DNA of 64,000 nucleotides from an uncultured cyanobacterium (GTDB lineage Bacteria; Cyanobacteriota; Cyanobacteriia; Cyanobacteriales; CAWCAG01): NCBI GenBank assembly GCA_963803805.1, contig CAWDOD010000004.1, positions 464,839 to 528,838 of the forward strand, read 5' to 3'. Shown piece by piece: positions 61,513 to 64,000 of this stretch (position 1 is its first letter; each line of letters starts with the position of its first letter). The notes under the pieces were generated by a model. It saw only the letters and a program-made list of their open reading frames with translations, ran no database searches and was not told where the DNA came from. The position numbers and the translations under genes were made by a program.

Positions 61513-64000
61513 TTACCAGCCATGTCTTTCTCGTTCAATTTCTAAGCGTTGTCTAATCAGAGAGTAGATTTCTCTAGCCAGAATATCTAAATTTCTTTTC
61601 TCGGCTTCTTGATTATTTTCCTCTCCTCCTAAAGAATTACCAGAATTATAAGATGACAATACAACTTCTTCTTCCTCACCCGTTGAAGTTTCTGTAGCTT
61701 CTGAGGAAGACATTTGAAGTAAAGTTTCTTGTACTAAGTTTGAAGTGATTCCTGAGTACTTATTATCTCCGTTATCATTATTCCCGGAATTGTCTTCTTT
61801 TTTCTGTATAACTGGGCTTTGTAAACTTACTTCCTCGGTTTGTTTCTGCACTGTTTGGTTTGAAGAAGAGTTTTGTACAGAATCAATATTACTCGCCCCT
61901 AATAATTCGCTAATACTAGACCAAGAACTTGGTACACCTACAGAAGAACTTGGTTTGATTTCAGATTTTTTTGCTGCTTGAAAATTAGATACCTCTGTTG
62001 GGGGAGAGTTATCTAATTGATTTGAAATAAAGGGTTTTACGATGGAATTACTACTAGTAGAGTTCGCATTAGAAGCTACTTCGGATTTAGCTTGAATACT
62101 TGCTGGTAATTCACCAGAACTAATTGTAGAGGATGGGGTGATAAAATTGCTTTCTTGAACAAGAGGATTGCTATTACCCAAAGGAGTTGTACCAGATATA
62201 TTATCTAAAACTGTAGGTAATATAGGTATGGTTTCAGAAGTTTCTAAATCCGAAGTTGGCACAGCATTTTCTGAAAAAGCTTGTACTAACGGTTCGCTTA
62301 CTGATGTTTTTTCATTAATAGATGGAGTTAAAGAAGTTTCACTTTCTGGAGATGTTGAGGCAGATTCTTGTTGAGGGAAAGCCTGAATTATTGGTTCAGT
62401 TACTGATGTTTGTTCATTAATAGATGAAGCTAGAGAAGTTTCACTTTCTGGAGATGTTGAGGCAGATCCTTGTTGAGGGGAAGCTTGAATTATTGATTCG
62501 GTTACTGATGTTTGTTCATTAATAGATGAAGTTAAAGAAGTTTCACTTTCTGGTGGTGTTGGAGAAGCCTGAATTAATGGTTCAGTTACTGATGTTTGTT
62601 CATCAATAGATGAAGTTAAAGAAGTTTCACTTTCTGGAGATATTGAGGCAGATTCTTGTTGAGGGGAAGCCTGAATTAATGGTTCAGTTACTGATGTTTG
62701 TTCATTAATAGATGAAGTTAAAGAAGTTTCACTTTCTGGTGGTGTTGGAGAAGCTTGAATTAATGGTTCAGCTACTGATGTTTGTTCGTTAATAGATGGA
62801 GTTAAAGAAGTTTCACTTTCTGGAGATATTGAGGCAGATTCTTGTTGAGGGGAAGCCTGAATTAATGGTTCGGTTACTGATGTTTGTTCATTAATAGATG
62901 AAGCTAGAGAAGGTTCACTTTCTGGAGATATTGAGGCAGATTCTTGTTGAGGGGAAGCTTGAATTAATGGTTCAGTTACTGATGTTGTTTCAGCAATAGA
63001 TGGAGTCGAAGAAGGTTCACTTTCTGGAGATGTTGAAGAAGCCTGAATTAATGGTTCGGTTACTGATGTTTGTTCATTAATAGATGAAGTTAAAGAAGTT
63101 TCACTTTCTGGTGGTGTTGGAGAAGGCTGAATTAATGGTTCAGTTACTGATGTTGTTTCAGCAACAGATGGAGTTAAAGAAGTTTCACTTTCTGGAGATA
63201 TTGAGGCGGATTCTTGTTGAGGGGAAGCCTGAATTAATGGTTCAGCTACTGATGTTGTTTCAGCAATAGATGGAGTCGAAGAAGGTTCACTTTCTGGAGA
63301 TGTTGAAGAAGCCTGAATTATTGGTTCAGTTATTGATGTTGTTTCAGCAACAGATGGAGTTAAAGAAGTTTCACTTTCTGGTGGTGTTGATACAGATTCT
63401 TGTTGAGGGGAAGCCTGAATCAATGGTTCAGTTACTGATGTTTGTTCATTAATAGATGAAGCTAGAGAAGTTTCACTTTCTGGAGATGTTGAGGCAGATT
63501 CTTGTTGAGGGGAAGCTTGAATTAATGATTCAGTTATTGATGTTGTTTCAGCAATAGATGGAGTTAAAGAAGTTTCACTTTCTGGAGATGTTGAGGCAGA
63601 TTCTTGTTGAGGGGAAGCTTGAATTAATGGTTCAGTTATTGATGTTGTTTCAGCAGCAGATGGAGTTAAAGAAGTTTCACTTTCTGGTGGTGTTGATACA
63701 GATTCTTGTTGAGGGGAAGCCTGAATTAATGGTTCAGCTACTGATGTTGTTTCAGCAATAGATGGAGTCGAAGAAGGTTCACTTTCTGGAGATGTTGAAG
63801 AAGCCTGAATTATTGGTTCAGTTATTGATGTTGTTTCAGCAATAGATGGAGTTAAAGAAGTTTCACTTTCTGGAGATATTGAGGCAGACTCTTGTTGAGG
63901 GAAAGCCTGAATTATTGGTTCAGTTACTGATGTTTGTTCATCAATAGATGAAGTTAAAGAAGTTTCACTTTCTGGTGGTGTTGATACGGACTCTTGTTGA
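61513..64000 (-). CDS. Large Ser/Thr/Glu/Pro-rich repeat protein of the CIS cluster; 5' end lies beyond the window
   Basis: The frame stays open past the ORF-track start (63423) to the window edge; the C-terminal helix LDILAREIYSLIRQRLEIERERHG resembles CIS-associated proteins encoded before the tube initiator. Confidence 0.8.
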   Translation of the reverse strand, partial: QQESVSTPPESETSLTSSIDEQTSVTEPIIQAFPQQESASISPESETSLTPSIAETTSITEPIIQASSTSPESEPSSTPSIAETTSVAEPLIQASPQQESVSTPPESETSLTPSAAETTSITEPLIQASPQQESASTSPESETSLTPSIAETTSITESLIQASPQQESASTSPESETSLASSINEQTSVTEPLIQASPQQESVSTPPESETSLTPSVAETTSITEPIIQASSTSPESEPSSTPSIAETTSVAEPLIQASPQQESASISPESETSLTPSVAETTSVTEPLIQPSPTPPESETSLTSSINEQTSVTEPLIQASSTSPESEPSSTPSIAETTSVTEPLIQASPQQESASISPESEPSLASSINEQTSVTEPLIQASPQQESASISPESETSLTPSINEQTSVAEPLIQASPTPPESETSLTSSINEQTSVTEPLIQASPQQESASISPESETSLTSSIDEQTSVTEPLIQASPTPPESETSLTSSINEQTSVTESIIQASPQQGSASTSPESETSLASSINEQTSVTEPIIQAFPQQESASTSPESETSLTPSINEKTSVSEPLVQAFSENAVPTSDLETSETIPILPTVLDNISGTTPLGNSNPLVQESNFITPSSTISSGELPASIQAKSEVASNANSTSSNSIVKPFISNQLDNSPPTEVSNFQAAKKSEIKPSSSVGVPSSWSSISELLGASNIDSVQNSSSNQTVQKQTEEVSLQSPVIQKKEDNSGNNDNGDNKYSGITSNLVQETLLQMSSSEATETSTGEEEEVVLSSYNSGNSLGGEENNQEAEKRNLDILAREIYSLIRQRLEIERERHGW
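62279..64000 (-). repeat. Intragenic tandem array of 102-bp and 84-bp units (17 complete units plus a partial one)
   Basis: Anchors at 62279, 62381, 62483, 62567, 62669, 62753, 62855, 62957, 63041, 63125, 63227, 63311, 63413, 63515, 63617, 63719, 63803, 63905; every spacing is 102 or 84. Confidence 0.92.

Noticed and set aside
62279-64000. Possible CRISPR array
   Set aside because: The units are contiguous 84/102-bp coding repeats without unique spacers, all multiples of 3 within one open frame.

Overview
64 kb of a cyanobacterial chromosome: HIP1 octamer GCGATCGC is abundant (more than 30 copies by eye) and the window carries cyanobacterial marker genes (ferredoxin-sulfite reductase, PSRP-3/Ycf65, long HPF/LrtA, Uma2 paralogs). 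Most of it is housekeeping: obgE, lipB, hpf, ackA, sir, a phosphoketolase-like gene, alaS, pyrF, tyrS, PBP1A, aroA, cobT, crp, pgsA, atpD/atpC and a clpC paralog. Four accessory loci stand out. (1) An unannotated 45-aa peptide ending GYQSGAFDGDDGSD, preceded by two Fur-box-like sites and followed by a JmjC/Cupin_4 Fe(II)/2OG oxygenase and a sucrase-ferredoxin. This is a candidate iron-regulated RiPP or ribosomal metallophore system. (2) A stand-alone vanadium-dependent haloperoxidase. (3) An N-terminally extended sedoheptulose-7-phosphate cyclase (DDGS/MysA-like) with no adjacent mysB/C/D, coupled instead to a DxD-motif DUF6492-like gene. (4) The distal end of a contractile injection system cluster (repeat protein, tube initiator, VgrG, PAAR) that stops at an IS1 and gene debris. 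Single-base frameshifts in homopolymers (obgE, the JmjC gene, probably the PAS sensor start) suggest assembly indel errors. Several families of short MITE-like repeats occupy the intergenic regions. All family assignments come from motif recognition by eye; no database searches were run.
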